Shown: positions 49,380-63,289 of the stretch, piece by piece
Layout of the letters: each line of letters begins with the position of its first letter
Numbering within the stretch: the first letter of the stretch is position 1
Source of the DNA: Ylistrum balloti
Lineage: Eukaryota
Assembly: GCF_031769215.1 (NCBI RefSeq)
Contig: NW_026782190.1
Coordinates: 682,001 to 746,000 of the forward strand
Length of the DNA stretch: 64,000 nt
Reading direction: 5' to 3'
Notes under the pieces: generated by a model
What the model was told of the DNA's origin: nothing
What the model saw: the letters and a program-made list of their open reading frames with translations, nothing else
Databases searched by the model: none
Made by a program: the position numbers and the translations under genes

Positions 49380-51285
49380 AACAACAAGACCACTGTTATT
49401 GATATTCTTAAACAACAAGACCACTGTTATTGTTATTCCTAAACAACAAGACCACTGTTATTGATATTCTTAAACAACAAGACAATTGTTATTGATATTC
49501 CTGAACAACAAGACCACTGTCATTGATATTCCTAAACAACAAGACCCCTGTTTTTGATATTCCTAAACAACAAGGCCACTGTTATTGATATTCCTGAACA
49601 TTGATATTCCTAAACAACAAGACCACTGTTATTGATATTCCTAAACATTGATATTCCTGAACAACAAGACCACTGTTATTGATATTCCTAAACAACAAGA
49701 CCACTGTTATTGATATTCCTAAACAAGACCACTGTTATTGATATTCCTGAACAACAAGACAACTGTTTTTGATATTCCTGAACAACAAGACCACTGTTAT
49801 TGTTATTCCTAAACAACAAGACCACTGTTATTGTTATTCCTAAACAACAAGACCACTGTTATTGATATTCTTAAACAACAACACCACTGTCATTGATATT
49901 CCTAAACAACAAGACCCCTGTTTTTGATATTCCTAAACAACAAGACCACTGTTATTGATATTCCTGAACAACAAGACCACTGTCATTGATATTCCTAAAC
50001 AACAAGACCCCTGTTTTTGATATTCTTAAACAACAAGACCACTGTTATTGATATTCCTAAACAACAAGACCACTGTTATTGATATTCCTAAACAACAAGA
50101 CCACTGTTATTGATATTCCTAAACAACAAGATCACTGTTATTGATATTCCTAAACAAGACCACTGTTATTGATATTCCTGAACAACAAGACAACTGTTTT
50201 TGATATTCCTGAACAACAAGACCACTGTTTTTGATATTCATGAACAACAAGACCACTGTTTTTGATATTCCTAAACAACAAGACCACTGTTATTGATATT
50301 CCTAAACAAGACCACTGTTATTGATATTCCTGAACAACAAGACAACTGTTTTTGATATTCCTGAACAACAAGACCACTGTTATTGATATCCCTGAACAAC
50401 AAGACCACTGTTATTGATATTCCTAAACAACAAGACCACTGTTATTGATATTCCTGAACAACAAGACAACTGTTTTTGATATTACTGAACAACAAGACAA
50501 TTGTTTTTGATATTCCTGAACAACAAGACCACTGTTTTTGATATTCCTAAACAACAAGACCACTGTTATTGATATTCCTGAACAACAAGACAACTGTTTT
50601 TGATATTCCTGAACAACAAGACCACTGTTATTGATATTCCTGAACAACAAGACCACTGTTATTGATATTCCTAAACAACAAGACCACTGTTATTGATATT
50701 CCTGAACAACAAGACCACTGTCATTGATATTCCTGAACAACAAGACCACTGTTATTGATATTCCTAAACAACAAGACCACTGTTTTTGATATTCCTAAAC
50801 AACAAGACCACTGTTATTGATATTCCTAAACATTGATATTCCTAAACAACAAGACCACTGTTATTGATATTCCTAAACAACAAGACCACTGTTATTGATA
50901 TTCCTAAACAAGACCACTGTTATTGATATTCCTAAACAAGACCCCTGTTTTTGATATTCCTAAACATTGATATTCCTAAACAACAAGACCACTGTTATTG
51001 ATATTCCTAAACAAGACCACTGTTATTGATATTCCTAAACAACAAGACCACTGTTATTGATATTCCTAAACAAGACCACTGTTATTGATATTCCTATACA
51101 AGACCACTGTTATTGATATTCCTGAACAACAAGGTCACTGTTATTGATATTCCTAAACAACAAGGTCACTGTTATTGATATTCCTGAACAACAAGGTCAC
51201 TGTTATTGATATTCCTAAACAACAAGGTCACTTTTATTGATATTCCTGAACAACAAGGTCACTGTTACTGATATTCCTAACTAAG
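49380..51285. repeat. 31-bp tandem array (~60 units, with 28-bp and shorter variants)
   Basis: Unit ATTGATATTCCTAAACAACAAGACCACTGTT. Confidence 0.95.
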
Positions 51286-51309
51286 CTATTCCAGTGATAT
51301 ATAAAACAC

Positions 51310-51800
51310 ATCAAGAAAACACAAACATGACAACATAATCATAAATAAAACTCAAACTCCATAATACTAGAGCAAAATATGAACAAAACAAAGATTTACA
51401 ACGAGACTTCTGAAAAAGTACAAGAAGAATAAGACCAGGCATCCCGGATGAGTAAGCGTCTTCTTCATCGACGACACCTGTCATGAATACTTTGGTCAAT
51501 CCAAGTAAGTAATGCCACGTTCTCAAATGAGAGCAAGGTATACAACAACAAAACCAACAGGAATACTAGCTAGCATCAAATACGTCCAACTTCCAACAGA
51601 AAGAAATATAATATTTCTCAATGATATCACTATGGCGACCATAAAAATTCCCCATGATTTTCATCAACCTGCATCTTCTAAACACATGTGTTACGAGTCT
51701 GTCAGTCAGTTGATGAATTCTTGGAAGAAAATCGTGATAATGGGAACAGGCCCTTGAATATTGAATCAACTGTGACATGTACAAACTGCCTGGCATTACA
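51310..51800 (-). mobile_element. Degenerate Penelope-like retroelement 3' fragment
   Basis: Translation YMSQLIQYSRACSHYHDF...LTDRL...NFYGRH resembles the post-RT thumb/HTH region of Penelope-like elements (from memory of the family); homologous to 62090-62530. Confidence 0.55.
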
Positions 51801-52344
51801 TCATACCATGGTACTCTGTGCAGTGTGGAGTAGGTCTTGCTCCTTTTGGCTGGTATCCATGGTCACCAATGATCACGGAGTTGGCAGTTAAGGAAATGTG
51901 ATATCACTGAGTTATAAGATGTACAGTAGAGCCATCTGTAAATCCAAAATGTACAATTAAATTTGTTCATACCTGGTGTCTTTATTTTATTTGTGTTTGT
52001 GACTATTTGTTTGAATCCATTAATTACTTGTTCACAAGAAAGTCTTCGAAGAATATTCCACAAGGAACCGATCTAACAAACCAAATTTGAACATGGCTTT
52101 GGTCATACATCACAATAACCTCATAGCACTTTATTAGGTTCTATAACCTGTTGTATAAGTTAGATATTAAATTGCCAGCATATTGTATATATATAAAGAT
52201 ACCAGACTAATTGTCAGTATATATTACCATGTGCAAGATTAGTATACTTGTAAAATAAAGAATCATCATCCTTATTATTACAATTTTTCAGGTAATTCTG
52301 AGATTGTAAATACATAACGTTGCTTAGCTATAAGTGGTATGTAT

Positions 52345-52426
52345 GATATCAGATATAAGATATCAGATATAAGATATCAGATAAAAGATATCAGATATAA
52401 GATATCAGATATAAGATATCAGATAA
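52345..52426. repeat. 14-bp tandem repeat GATATCAGATATAA
   Basis: About 5.5 near-perfect copies. Confidence 0.9.
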
Positions 52427-53554
52427 ACTTGTTTGATGGATATTTGGAACACAATTTTAAACTCAATTAAGCCTGCAGACAAGCCAAATATTTAATTTTC
52501 ATATCAACAAAACAGCATCATTAGATTTCACAATGTGATTTTGGTCTGACGGTCCTACATAACCTTGACCTTCCTTTGAATGCAGAGACTGTCATGATGA
52601 AATTGGCTAACAAATACTAATACTTTAATACCCATCATAAAATAAGTATAATATTAGTGAAAACCCTGGTAGACATATGTCTCTTCTTCTCCTTTCTCTC
52701 CAAGAGCACCCCTCTTGGAGTTGAAACAGGCAGATTCCTTAACTAAGAATATTCCTTAGAGAGATCTATATACCCCTAGTAGGTAGATTTTATTGTTTAC
52801 CTGACACAATGACCAAAAGTGACATTTAATAACTTTTAATTCCAACAGAAATGGTTTATGTACTGGTACATTTTTTTATCCTGCAAATGGCACACCGTTA
52901 TTGGAATACACATGCCACTTATATGTTTGCTGTATTTGACAGTGACAGAAAAACGCTGTATTTAAGCATGTGCGGTAATTTGACAGAATTTCTCTCTGAA
53001 TTTACTTAAATATTGCATTTAGAAATATAAACAGCTGTTGTAAAAGATGATTTTACATGATGAAATGAACATGATGATTTAGGAAAATTTGTTAAATCAC
53101 TGTTATATCCGATGAAATTGGGAACTTTGTTTCCACATGCATAGAACAGTTATTTTGGCATCCGTCATCAGGCAAAATTCAGTGTAAACAATGTCAGGTA
53201 AACACAGATTGAACAACAAATCTTTTTGTTTCAATAGTCTGATTTTCAATCAGTGTTGCTGGATAAATAGAATACATGTTCTGAGTCTTAAAATTGAAGT
53301 TGTATTTTGGCTCAGGGCAGAAGGACAAAAGTGGCTAGCCAAAGGTGCATCACTTTTGTCTTTCTTCACCCTCTCCAAAATACACCTTATATTTTAACAC
53401 ACTGACTATGTATTCTCTATATCAAAAACCTCATGTATATTATATCTTTTCACTATTATTCCCCAGATAGTCTCTAAAAAAAAAACACATACAGACTTAA
53501 ATTCTTCAATATCACAAAAGTAGAGAAACAGTTCAATACCCATCTGAGCATAAT

Positions 53555-53797
53555 CAGGAGCGTAGCTAGCCCAGCAGAAATGTGTAAGCCAAGGCAAGGG
53601 GTCTGAATTTCATGATTTCAAAGATGTTTTGAATCGTTTTCTGACACAGTTTTTTTTTTATAGACTTAACAATAAACTTCAAACCCATGATATTTATTTT
53701 CAACCTTAGTTTTGTAAATTTGTCCGACATACTCTATGCACGGATTTTTTTAATGTGTAAACCCAGGCTTTCTCTTTCTATGAAAGCTACGCCCCTG
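53555..53797. mobile_element. 243-bp MITE
   Basis: 13-bp TIRs CAGGAGCGTAGCT / AGCTACGCCCCTG (one mismatch); flanked on both sides by ATAAT. Confidence 0.65.
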
Positions 53798-55108
53798 ATA
53801 ATAGGCAGGCGGGCATTAGACCTGATATTTACTTGGTAGTTGTGTTATCTCAGAAATGAGAAGTCAAGTCTGTGAACGAAGGGGAGACAATCGGTCTATA
53901 GTTTAGTATTGACAGATAGACAAGATCTATGGAAATAACCAAACTGATGCATAAAGTACTACATACTTATACGGCTTTTCTGGAAATCGGAATAAGTCAT
54001 TTTACTAGAGGACTATATTGAGATTAGCCTAGCTGTGCCTTGATCTGTGATTTTCACAATAACCAAAGCGAAAGCAAATGGTCACTGAATGATTACAAGG
54101 ATATACTGAAATAAAATATCAACAAAGGCACGTGTTTGTGCATCTGTTACTGTGAACTATTTTTCAATGACAAATACTCATACCTGGCTGCATAGAACTG
54201 TCACAATATGGGTACTATGTGACTCTCCAACTGAAAAGTGCGTGTGGGTTTCTCCAACATTTGGCAACAAATCATTTTCGGAATATCTCTTACCTTTTCA
54301 TTCCGTATCATGCATCCAGAAACGAAACAAATACTGTGATTAAATCCATGCTCCATAAAATATCAAATACATTTCACTAGCAAATTTGTGTATTATTTTC
54401 TAAAATAGATATTCTGTCCAATTTGCAAAGTTTCTTGCTGTTCGGCACCTTTTAACAACCCATGCGGTCTAAATATAGCGCATCGGGAAATCCGGAAGTT
54501 ATAGTGGCGAAGGCGTGAATAAACTCACAAGTGTCTTTGCTGTTCACTATAATTTCTGCTGGTAGTACAATTTTATCCATTCAAAAGACTTATTTATCTG
54601 ATTACTTTTTAAAATTCACACTAAAACTTATTCTTTTCTGCTTAAAGCAACGCAAACATTTTATTATCGACGTATCCTTCAAGCATCCTATGAAATCCTA
54701 ACTTGTGCGAAATATCCCTTTAATACACATTTTTACATGTCAAACATACACCCAGACATGATAAAATTATCCCATTACTTAATCTAACCTCGGATGCCAA
54801 TGGTTCTGTTGTCGCATGTCAAGTGAATAAAACCCGATCATGAAAAAAGGCCACGCCTCCTTGCAATTTTGAAACTCCATATTTACACGTTACATTAGGA
54901 AAATGATGACTTTAAAATTATCTCTTTTAATGACTCATTTTAATTTAAATAGTTTGTTTTATAAATAAGGATTTAACTTTTAAAAAGGATGAAACAATAA
55001 AAACTGAATCTAACCCTTTAGAAAATGTGCCCACAATTAAAAAAGCACCACGATTTCATTTTTATTTCTTTCTTTCATCAAAAATGTCATTCTAATTCAA
55101 CTGCTTAC

Positions 55109-55260
55109 CGTGTGTAATACATGTGTACTTCTGGGTCACTGCTTGCTGACTCAAGCACCACGGTGATTTAGGGATGTCACCTGAAAAGGAAATGCGTGAC
55201 ACTTTCGACACATGTCGGTCTTTGATTTGAGCGAATTTGACGTCGTATCTGTAGATATTT
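55109..55260 (-). other. Candidate 5' (UTR) exon of the vWA-MIB/HERC2-WWE gene
   Basis: Strong donor CACG|GTAAGC at 55108 and CpG-richer composition; an ETS motif CCGGAAGT also lies at ~54491. Linkage to the coding exons is not demonstrated. Confidence 0.3.
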
Positions 55261-56669
55261 TCTCGATTTTTTTTAGTATTTCTCAAGGCAGTTTTTTTCA
55301 TTAATTAACCAAATAGTATGAACATATTTTACACCGTTTATGTGTTTGTTTGATTGTAATTCATCGGCATTGCTAAAGGTGGCCGAAACTGAGGACACAT
55401 GCCACTTTTTCTTCTTCTGCTTTCAAATTCAATTTCGTTATTTTGGTACCAGTCATTTTTTTCCGTTTTACTTCGCCTTCTTGTGCTTCAACCAGTTATA
55501 AATTTGAACACGTCTTGCTCATTGCAAAGCAAGTCCAGAGAAAATAGGAGGTCTCTTATTTATCATAACCAATACCAATAACAACTTGTCTTGTATACGA
55601 TACGACTAAGTTTTAAAATAATCGATATAGTCCATATTAAAGAAAAACAACTCTCATAGATATGTGGCACATGTTAATTGTACATAGGATCATGTGTGAC
55701 CTGAAGCTTCGCGCTACTCGGAAGGAATTTCCCGTAAAGACCTGGAGGCCACGGGTTCGATACAAGGTGGAAGCAAACAATTCTATTTCCTGTAACAAAT
55801 GGTGCCCATGGCCCTTCTTGTAATGATAGAATGTTAGAACCTGGGTTGATGGGACGTTCGGGGCGAACACATTAAGAAGTGGGGTGTGGCAGATTTTAAT
55901 TGTGCACGGCTAGAGGGAATTTCCCTATATCTCAGAGGATGCACAATATGCTCTTTCCTGTAAGATATATTTATCCATTAATTAGTTTTAACACCTGTCG
56001 TGTATCAGAACTTGTTTCATAACATGTATATCAGTTAATAAGACTGGTACATAGGAGGGGGCGATTTATGGATTCATTCATTTAATTAACTTTGGGATAT
56101 TAAATGCAAAGGGTAATTATGGACATCCATTAATCAATTTTGAATATCCGTAAATCACTTGTTCATCTCCATAAATGTATAATTGATATCCATAAATATA
56201 GATACCATAAATCGAATCATAAATATTCAAAAATGATTTATGGATATCCATAATCAGTTACTTTTGTCCTCTTTGGACTACCATATAAGAAGTTAGCGTT
56301 ACCGGAGACATCTCTGCTAGAACATCGTTTCATCATGGGATAATTTCGTTCTCTCTAGACCGTTTCAACCGGGTTAAATGTAAGCGGCCTTAGCGATTAA
56401 CGTAATATATAAACAAACGGGTTGTCAATATTTTAAACACAACCCTTTAGCATACATCCATCGCAACATGTAGATGTTCAATGGATATTAAAACTTTGTT
56501 CAAGCTCCTTCGAAATTCAAAATACACGGGTTTCGGAATGGCAATGGTCATATCTAGAAGAGAATGACACATTTATCGAGTACTTTTGATTTTTATACGA
56601 AACTGTGGTAATACGTGGATTTTCCCACTTCCTGTCAGCTGATCTCTGTCATCACTTTATCGCAACAAA

Positions 56670-57476
56670 ATGGTCTGTGTTTCCTGCATCGTGATTCCAT
56701 TTGTTCTGTGGGTTTTTAACAAATTTATCCGACCATACGTATCCAAATTTCTTCCATGGTTCAAAGAATCCCCGGCTTCTTCCAGTCCTCCTAAAACAGA
56801 TGGCGATTCAACAAAATCTGACGAACAGGTAACGTGTAATGTTACTGCGGACCTCAAAGAATGATCGATTTCATAATATTACACTGCAATTACGTTATGT
56901 CCATCAAGCTGGTGTTTATACAACGGCATGCACAGGCTGTTTGATAGAATTGGTGGAAATTGAAAGGATATCGAATTGTAAATAACAATAATATGAAATA
57001 GATAGGGTTAAGAATGTGCGGTGTATTTGTCCTAAGCTGTTTTGACTGGTAGCATCAATCCCGTCGGAGGACGTTGTCAAACGTCCGATATAAATGAGTC
57101 CCAAGAAGGAATACCAGAAGGGATTACTGTGATCCCTGGTAGAACAGTTTCAGAGTGGTGTGGTATACGGAAAGAAATTATATTTGAAGTAATTAGTTTT
57201 GGATTTGAAGAGTTAATACATACTGATAGGGATGAGAGGATCAATAAAAGTGACTCGAGACTCATGTATGATAATGGGTCTATAACAACAAGTTGCTCGT
57301 CCATCTTGTATAGCATACTTATTCTGTTGATGTTACAACACTTGATTATTTTACTTCTACAGGTGACGAATGGTTCTTGCAAGTTTGCAGAAATGTTTTC
57401 AAATGGAAAAGCTGATATACCTAATGGACATCCTACTACCACAGAAGTGGGTGGTGGAAATAAAAAGGACAATTGA
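56670..57476 (+). CDS. C18orf32: UPF0729 protein C18orf32 homolog, 2 exons, 90 aa
   Basis: Exon 56670-56828 MVCVSCIVIPFVLWVFNKFIRPY (human [23 protein letters not shown]); exon 57363-57476 ends KADIPNGHPTTTEVGGGNKKDN (human [21 protein letters not shown]); GT-AG intron, phase 0. Confidence 0.88.
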
Positions 57477-60309
57477 TACAGACACTGTATATATACCAGT
57501 CTTTCTTCATTTTCTAATTTATACAAAAATCAATCACTTGGCACAATAAAGATTTATCCAACAGAAATTGTCCCTGTCAAGAATTACTAAAAAAATCTAG
57601 AGCCTGCTGTATATTCCTTCCACGTGTGACATCATGAGTTGATCAGCAATATATCATACCGAGAATGGATCATTACACACCAACATTTATTTCTACATCA
57701 TTGATTCTGAGCTGTCAAACTTGACCACTACACAGTGTTGGACATTGGGACTGGACTAATTGATAAAGGATATCATTCCTCAACAAATTCAAATCAGAAT
57801 TTCAATTTGCATTTGTTGAAAGAGTACATTATTGCCAAGGAAAAGAGTTTTAATTACTTAGCAGACAATTTTGTGTCGAAGTTTTTTTAAACAGATTTTA
57901 ATTGAAAACAAAATTAAGAAAATCTTAAATATTTCCCACAGAAAAAAGGTTTAAATACTAGATACAGAAATAGTATTTTGTAAAAGCAATATTGAAAATA
58001 TACTTCGTTAAGAAAAGCATTAACTTATAACTGAATCGTTGACCTGCATTCTGTAGTATCTGGTCAGACCTCATTTTAAAAAATACTCGAAACAAACCCG
58101 GATTTGCAGTTTAACAATGTGACTAATATATGTTTGCAAGTATTACCATGCAGCAGATGATCAGTCTATCGGTGTATAAGTACTTCAAATAACAAGACAA
58201 GTCATGTTCTCTAAAACCAATTATTTTACCTTGCATAGCTCAAAGTGTCAGTGATCTTGTGGTAATTCTGGTATTTTGAAAAAAAAAAATCTAGGAAACT
58301 AAAGCAACTTGATGCAATATTTGGCCAGGAGATAATCAGCGATAGAATAAATTTCTTGTTTTGTAAATTTTATCATGTAAATGACCTTAATCTATAAAAC
58401 TCCCAGTCCTGATATTTTGCTAATATGTACCTATGGATTAAGTGCTATAAAGTTCCCTCATTTGAATAATGAAGGGCACTGGCCTATTTCTAGGTCACTA
58501 GGTTTAAGTATATCAAAGTCCTTTAAGAATCTCCTGAAGTTTCAGATGACCAAGGGGACTAATAATTTGCCAGTAGGTACATTCCTTGGAGTTTTCTCAA
58601 AGAAGTGACATCATTTCAAGGTTATACAGGTCTGATTTGTTGAAAAAAAATGATAAAAAACAGAGTTTTTCTGGTAAATTTTGAACATAACTTTCATAAC
58701 TTGTTATCGCAATACATTTACATTTGCTTATGTCAGAATTATCGTTAAATGCTGAACCAAAAAAAATAAAATACAATTAACCAATATCCTTAGTACATTG
58801 ATCTCCTTTGAGAACTGTTCATCTTAAAACATAATGATCTGATAGAAAATTGCTTGAATTTAAAGGGGTTTTACTCGAGGTATGAAGAATATTTCAGATA
58901 TGGTTCTATATATTTCATATAAGCAAAGATCTGTGATGCTGCACCCCTTCATCAATCAACCACAGGTATGTGGTTGATAGATATCATCCATCACTTCACC
59001 ACACCAGATCAGTGTGTTTGGTTAATTTGTACATATACCCCAGTAAAAGTCTGTTACATGGACAAGGTAAAATGAATTACTTGTAATGAAACAACCATTT
59101 ATAATAAAACATATTCTATTGTTAACAGGGAATGTGATAAGTATATGCATCTTCTAGATTATACAGTATTTCTATTGCAAGGTAAATGTTTTGTTCTGTG
59201 TATGATATAGGAGATAATATTCAAGTCATAAAGATCTACGCTATGTGGAAAATAGACATATTGTGTATTTAACTGAATTTGTTGTACATTTTTTTAGTTG
59301 TGAAAATAAAATATTCCAGAAGTGTTGATAGAGTTCAGTATTCTGTTGTTTGTAGTCTAGATTTAGTCATCAATGTGAAAGTAACACAAATATATATTTA
59401 AAGTCATAATTGGAGCCATCCTTGATACTCCAGGGGTTACAATCACTTTAGCTCTCTGCACCCTGGTACATAACATGGGAAATTGAAGGCACAAGCGAAG
59501 TAATTTGATTGGTTCCAGGCTGATATGCTCCTGTTAAAGATTACAAAAATAGCCACTCCCAACTTAAAGCCATTACATGTTTCAGGGGTGCAAAGAGCAA
59601 AGGTAATCGTAGCCCCTTGAGTATCGAGGATGAATTGAAGCTCGCACAAAATTTCTGAATTTTAGCTTAAATTTATCAGATAGCTCCCCTAATTGACATT
59701 GCTGGCATCGATCACACTGCAAAATGTTTAAAGTTTTCTTAACAAGATTCCAAGTGGCAATAGACAGATGATTATTAAATAGTTTAAGCGTTATTATGAA
59801 TTCTTAGCAATATGCTGAACAAAAGTTGTCATATTTATGGGGCACAAAAGGAGTGTTTCTGTTTGTGAATTTTTGACAAGTTCTTATTGATGGCGAAATC
59901 AACCAAATATTCGAGATTGCAATTAAACTGAATTTAAACCAATCTATCACAAGATATGGAGAATCTTGAATGTAAATTTTGCAAACTCTTTTCAACATAA
60001 ACTAGCAAGAGATCTACTTGTCAATAGATGTGTGTGTTCAGTTTTGATGCTAATATGATGAATATACCTGATTGTTTTGACACTCTTAAATTTACCATTT
60101 TTCAGCAAGCTTCAAATTTGTGTCATTTTCAATAAGTTGTCAGTTTTCAATATGCATAACAAGCAAAGGTATCAAATAATTCCATTTCTGTTCTGTTATC
60201 AGCTTATATTTATTTTTGTCCGATTCATATTAATCAGGCATGTAAATTTCTGGCAAAGACTCTTTGTTTCTGCCTTTGTTGAGCTGTTGAAATGATAAGA
60301 AACCCAATA

Positions 60310-61126
60310 ATTTCTTCAGCTTTTCAAATCGCCCTGTGTCTTTGGTCTGTCCAATTTTTGTTATCCATATTCTTGAGAAGTACTGAATGGATCTTTCTTA
60401 AATTTTATATATAGGTTCTCCTTGGGTCCTATTTGTGCCCATTTGATTTTGGGTCTTATCAGAAAAATAAAATGGCAGAAAGGTGGCCATGTTGGACTTT
60501 GACTTTGAAAGTTTGTTATCACTATTTCTTGAGAACTACAGCATAGATCTTTCCAAAATTTCCTATGTATGTTTCCTTTGATCCATAGTTGTGCCTGTTT
60601 GACTTTGGTACTGGTCACAAAAACCACAAACAAAAAAAAACCGAAATGGCCCACAAGCAGCCATCTTGGATTTTGACTTCGAAATTTATCACTATTTCTT
60701 AAGAAGTACTGTATAGATCTTTCTCAAATTTCATGTATAGTTTCCTCTTGGTCCCATGTGTCTGGTTGAGTTTTGGACCGATCAGTAAAACAAAATGGCC
60801 AACAGGCATCCATCTTAGATTTCACCTAATAAAGATTGTTATCCCTATTTCTTAAGAAGCACTGAATGGATATCTCTCAAATTTTCATCTGCATGATCCC
60901 TTTGGTCTCTCCTTGTGTCCACTTGATTTTGGGACTGATCAAATCCAATGGCTTTCCAGGCGGCTATTTTGGATTATCATTGCAACTTCTGCAAAGGAAT
61001 GTTCAAAAGTCTTATCAATAATAGCAAAAACTGAGAAGAGAAATGAAGGGTAAAGATCCAACTTTCAAAGAGCAAATAAAGATCAAACAATGGTTGTTAC
61101 CAAGATCCTTCCGGGATCTCTTGTTT
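60310..61126 (+). mobile_element. HINE-like element with diverged ~160-bp internal repeats
   Basis: Repeated GCCATCTTGGATTTT / TTTCTCAAATTTCA blocks; ends CAAGATCCTTCCGGGATCTCTTGTT. Confidence 0.62.
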
Positions 61127-62089
61127 TTATACGCGAGAGTCTCTTATGGAACAAGTGCTGATGTCAGACCTTTGTGTCATTTCTTTTTAAATCAAGATCT
61201 ATGAACAGAACAGGGTTACAGATAGGTGTTACTGAAGGGTATAAAGCAACAATACTTTTCCTGACTGTCATCATCGTATGTTGCTTATAACAAATTTATT
61301 TTGACATACCAGTATTTAGTTTGTAGTCTAAAGGTCAGTTAGTGCATTTTGTAGAACAAACAACAATCATTTACTGAAAGTCATTTTTCTGTTCAGAACA
61401 ATCACCAGTAGACACATGTACAAGTTTTTTCAATATGGCTGCTGTGGCTGAATTGTGAATGTGACATGGGTTTAAATTTCAGTTGGGACAAAGTAGACTG
61501 ACTAACCACAGCAGCTCTCTGTGAAAACCTATACCAGAGACCATTGGACAGGTTTAAATTGTATTTATAATATAGCATCAACCCATCAAGGTGTAAAACT
61601 AATTACATTTTGGTGATCAACAGCTTAGTTAAAGTCAAGAGGTTCATGAGACCTAATATCATTCAACTGGTTGAGTTTGCTGAAATTGCTTCAACTAAAC
61701 TAAATCTTCTTAATTTAATTTAATCTTAAATCTTCATTTGACCTGAGCATGCTTTTGACCGAATTGGAAGAGAATACAGGCAATCCTACAGAAGAATCAG
61801 CAATTTAAAACCTTTCTCCATTTACACATTGGGCATCACCCCTCCATCCTCAGAAAGCCCAGATCTACAGTTTCTACAAATTTGATTTCCCTTCGCCCAG
61901 GGATGATTCAGACTAAACAGTGACAGAATCCAGGCATGCCTACAGAAAACAAGGTAATACCAACATGTCAACGATCGTAATCCAAACTCACTCAATATAA
62001 CTAGTGCAAAATATATACAAAATAAAAGAAAGATTTATACAGGCTCCAGAAAAAGTACATAGAGAGTAAGTCCTCTGCCTCATTGACAA

Positions 62090-62530
62090 CACTCGCCATG
62101 TAAACCTTGGTCAATCCAAGTAAGTAATGTCAGGTTCTCAAATGAGAACAAGGTATACAATAAAGAAGCCAGCAGGCAAACTAACAAGCATCAAACATGC
62201 CCAGCTTCTTATTGCACAAGGAAATATAATATTTCTCAATGAGATTACTAAAACAAATGTAAAACTTTCCCATAAGTTTCATCTACCTGTATATTTTGAA
62301 ACACTGTGTTGTGAGTTTATTCTTCAATTGATAGCTTCTTCCATGTAAATTGTGATAATGGGAACAGGATTTTGAATATATAGGTACATGTAAATACCAT
62401 AGGTTGAGGATGCTGGGATGTCGCTATCCCGAAATGGGAAATTCAAGATAGAGAAATTGAAATCACATTTATCATGCATCATGGTGGAAAGTTGTCCATG
62501 TTGGTTTTGTTGCAAGAAAAGACAAAGATA
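62090..62530 (-). mobile_element. Degenerate Penelope-like retroelement 3' fragment
   Basis: Translation GQLSTMMHDKCDFNFSILNFPFRDSDIPASSTYGIY (consensus-like T..YDKRDDFNF.I.NFP...SNIP...YG.Y); shares TTGGTCAATCCAAGTAAGTAATG...AAATATAATATTTCTCAATGA with 51490-51630. Confidence 0.55.
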
Positions 62531-62599
62531 AGCAGCTGGTGTAGAAGAGTCAAGAACACAAATTTTAGATATTTGCTCTTTTTAACATATTAGACCTCA

Positions 62600-63030
62600 T
62601 CCAAAAGGGCCTACATCCACCGCCCATGCAAAATTGCTTCCCCTTCACACAAGGGTGCTTCAGATCAAATTGGAAAATAATCCTGGCATTCCCACAGACG
62701 AAGTAGGATTTTACAGAGTTCACTCTATTTCCAGAATTGGGTCAACCTCACAGGGCCAAGACCAATCATTTCTACAAAATTGTTTTTCCATCACCCAAGG
62801 ATGCTTCAGACCAAGTCAGGACAGAATCCAAGTATTCATATATTACACCAAAAGATGCTTCAAACCAAATTTTGACAAAATCCAATCCCTTTTTGGGTCG
62901 CACCCAGAAGACCATTTATACAAAGTTTGTTCCCCTTTCTCTAAGAACGCTTCTGAACAAATTAGGTAAAATTTCCCCAAGTCCTTTATGTCTTGAAGCA
63001 ATACCAGTCCTTCAAACCAGGTGAGCTAAA
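62600..63030 (+). repeat. Diverged ~160-bp satellite/HINE-type repeats (CCCTTCACCCAAGGATGCTTC-type)
   Basis: Several degenerate CAAGGATGCTTCAGACCAA units; a related remnant lies at ~14620-14740. Confidence 0.45.
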
Positions 63031-63289
63031 AATGCAGGTTGTGGGTATATGAGCTTGTCCTCACCTTCTTTTTATAAGTGAAAACCAGAAAGTAAATTCA
63101 AGTGATAAATTTTTTAAAAAGATGGCTACTGAACAGGACTGTCCTGGAATGGGCTTGGTTTAAAAAGTAATATTGACTTAAATACAACTTAATTTTGAAA
63201 AGCCTGTCTTACTATATGTACTACTTTCTGTTCAGTCAAAGAAGCAGTAACAACATTGGGAAATGGCAGCAATTTTCAATGAGCTTTGG

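Noticed and set aside
52540-52790. Further upstream coding exons of the vWA gene
   Set aside because: Short open stretches exist, but no convincing donor/acceptor pair links in phase to exon 49216-49319.
55690-55780. tRNA-like segment (GGCCACGGGTTCGATAC)
   Set aside because: Only a B-box-like motif; no A box or cloverleaf.
57003-57014. TAACCCTA as a telomerase RNA template
   Set aside because: Only 8 nt; no pseudoknot, CR4/5 or H/ACA context; it would run antisense through C18orf32 exon 1.
62634-63024. ORFs of 111 and 95 aa
   Set aside because: They translate degenerate satellite/HINE repeats; no protein-like signal.
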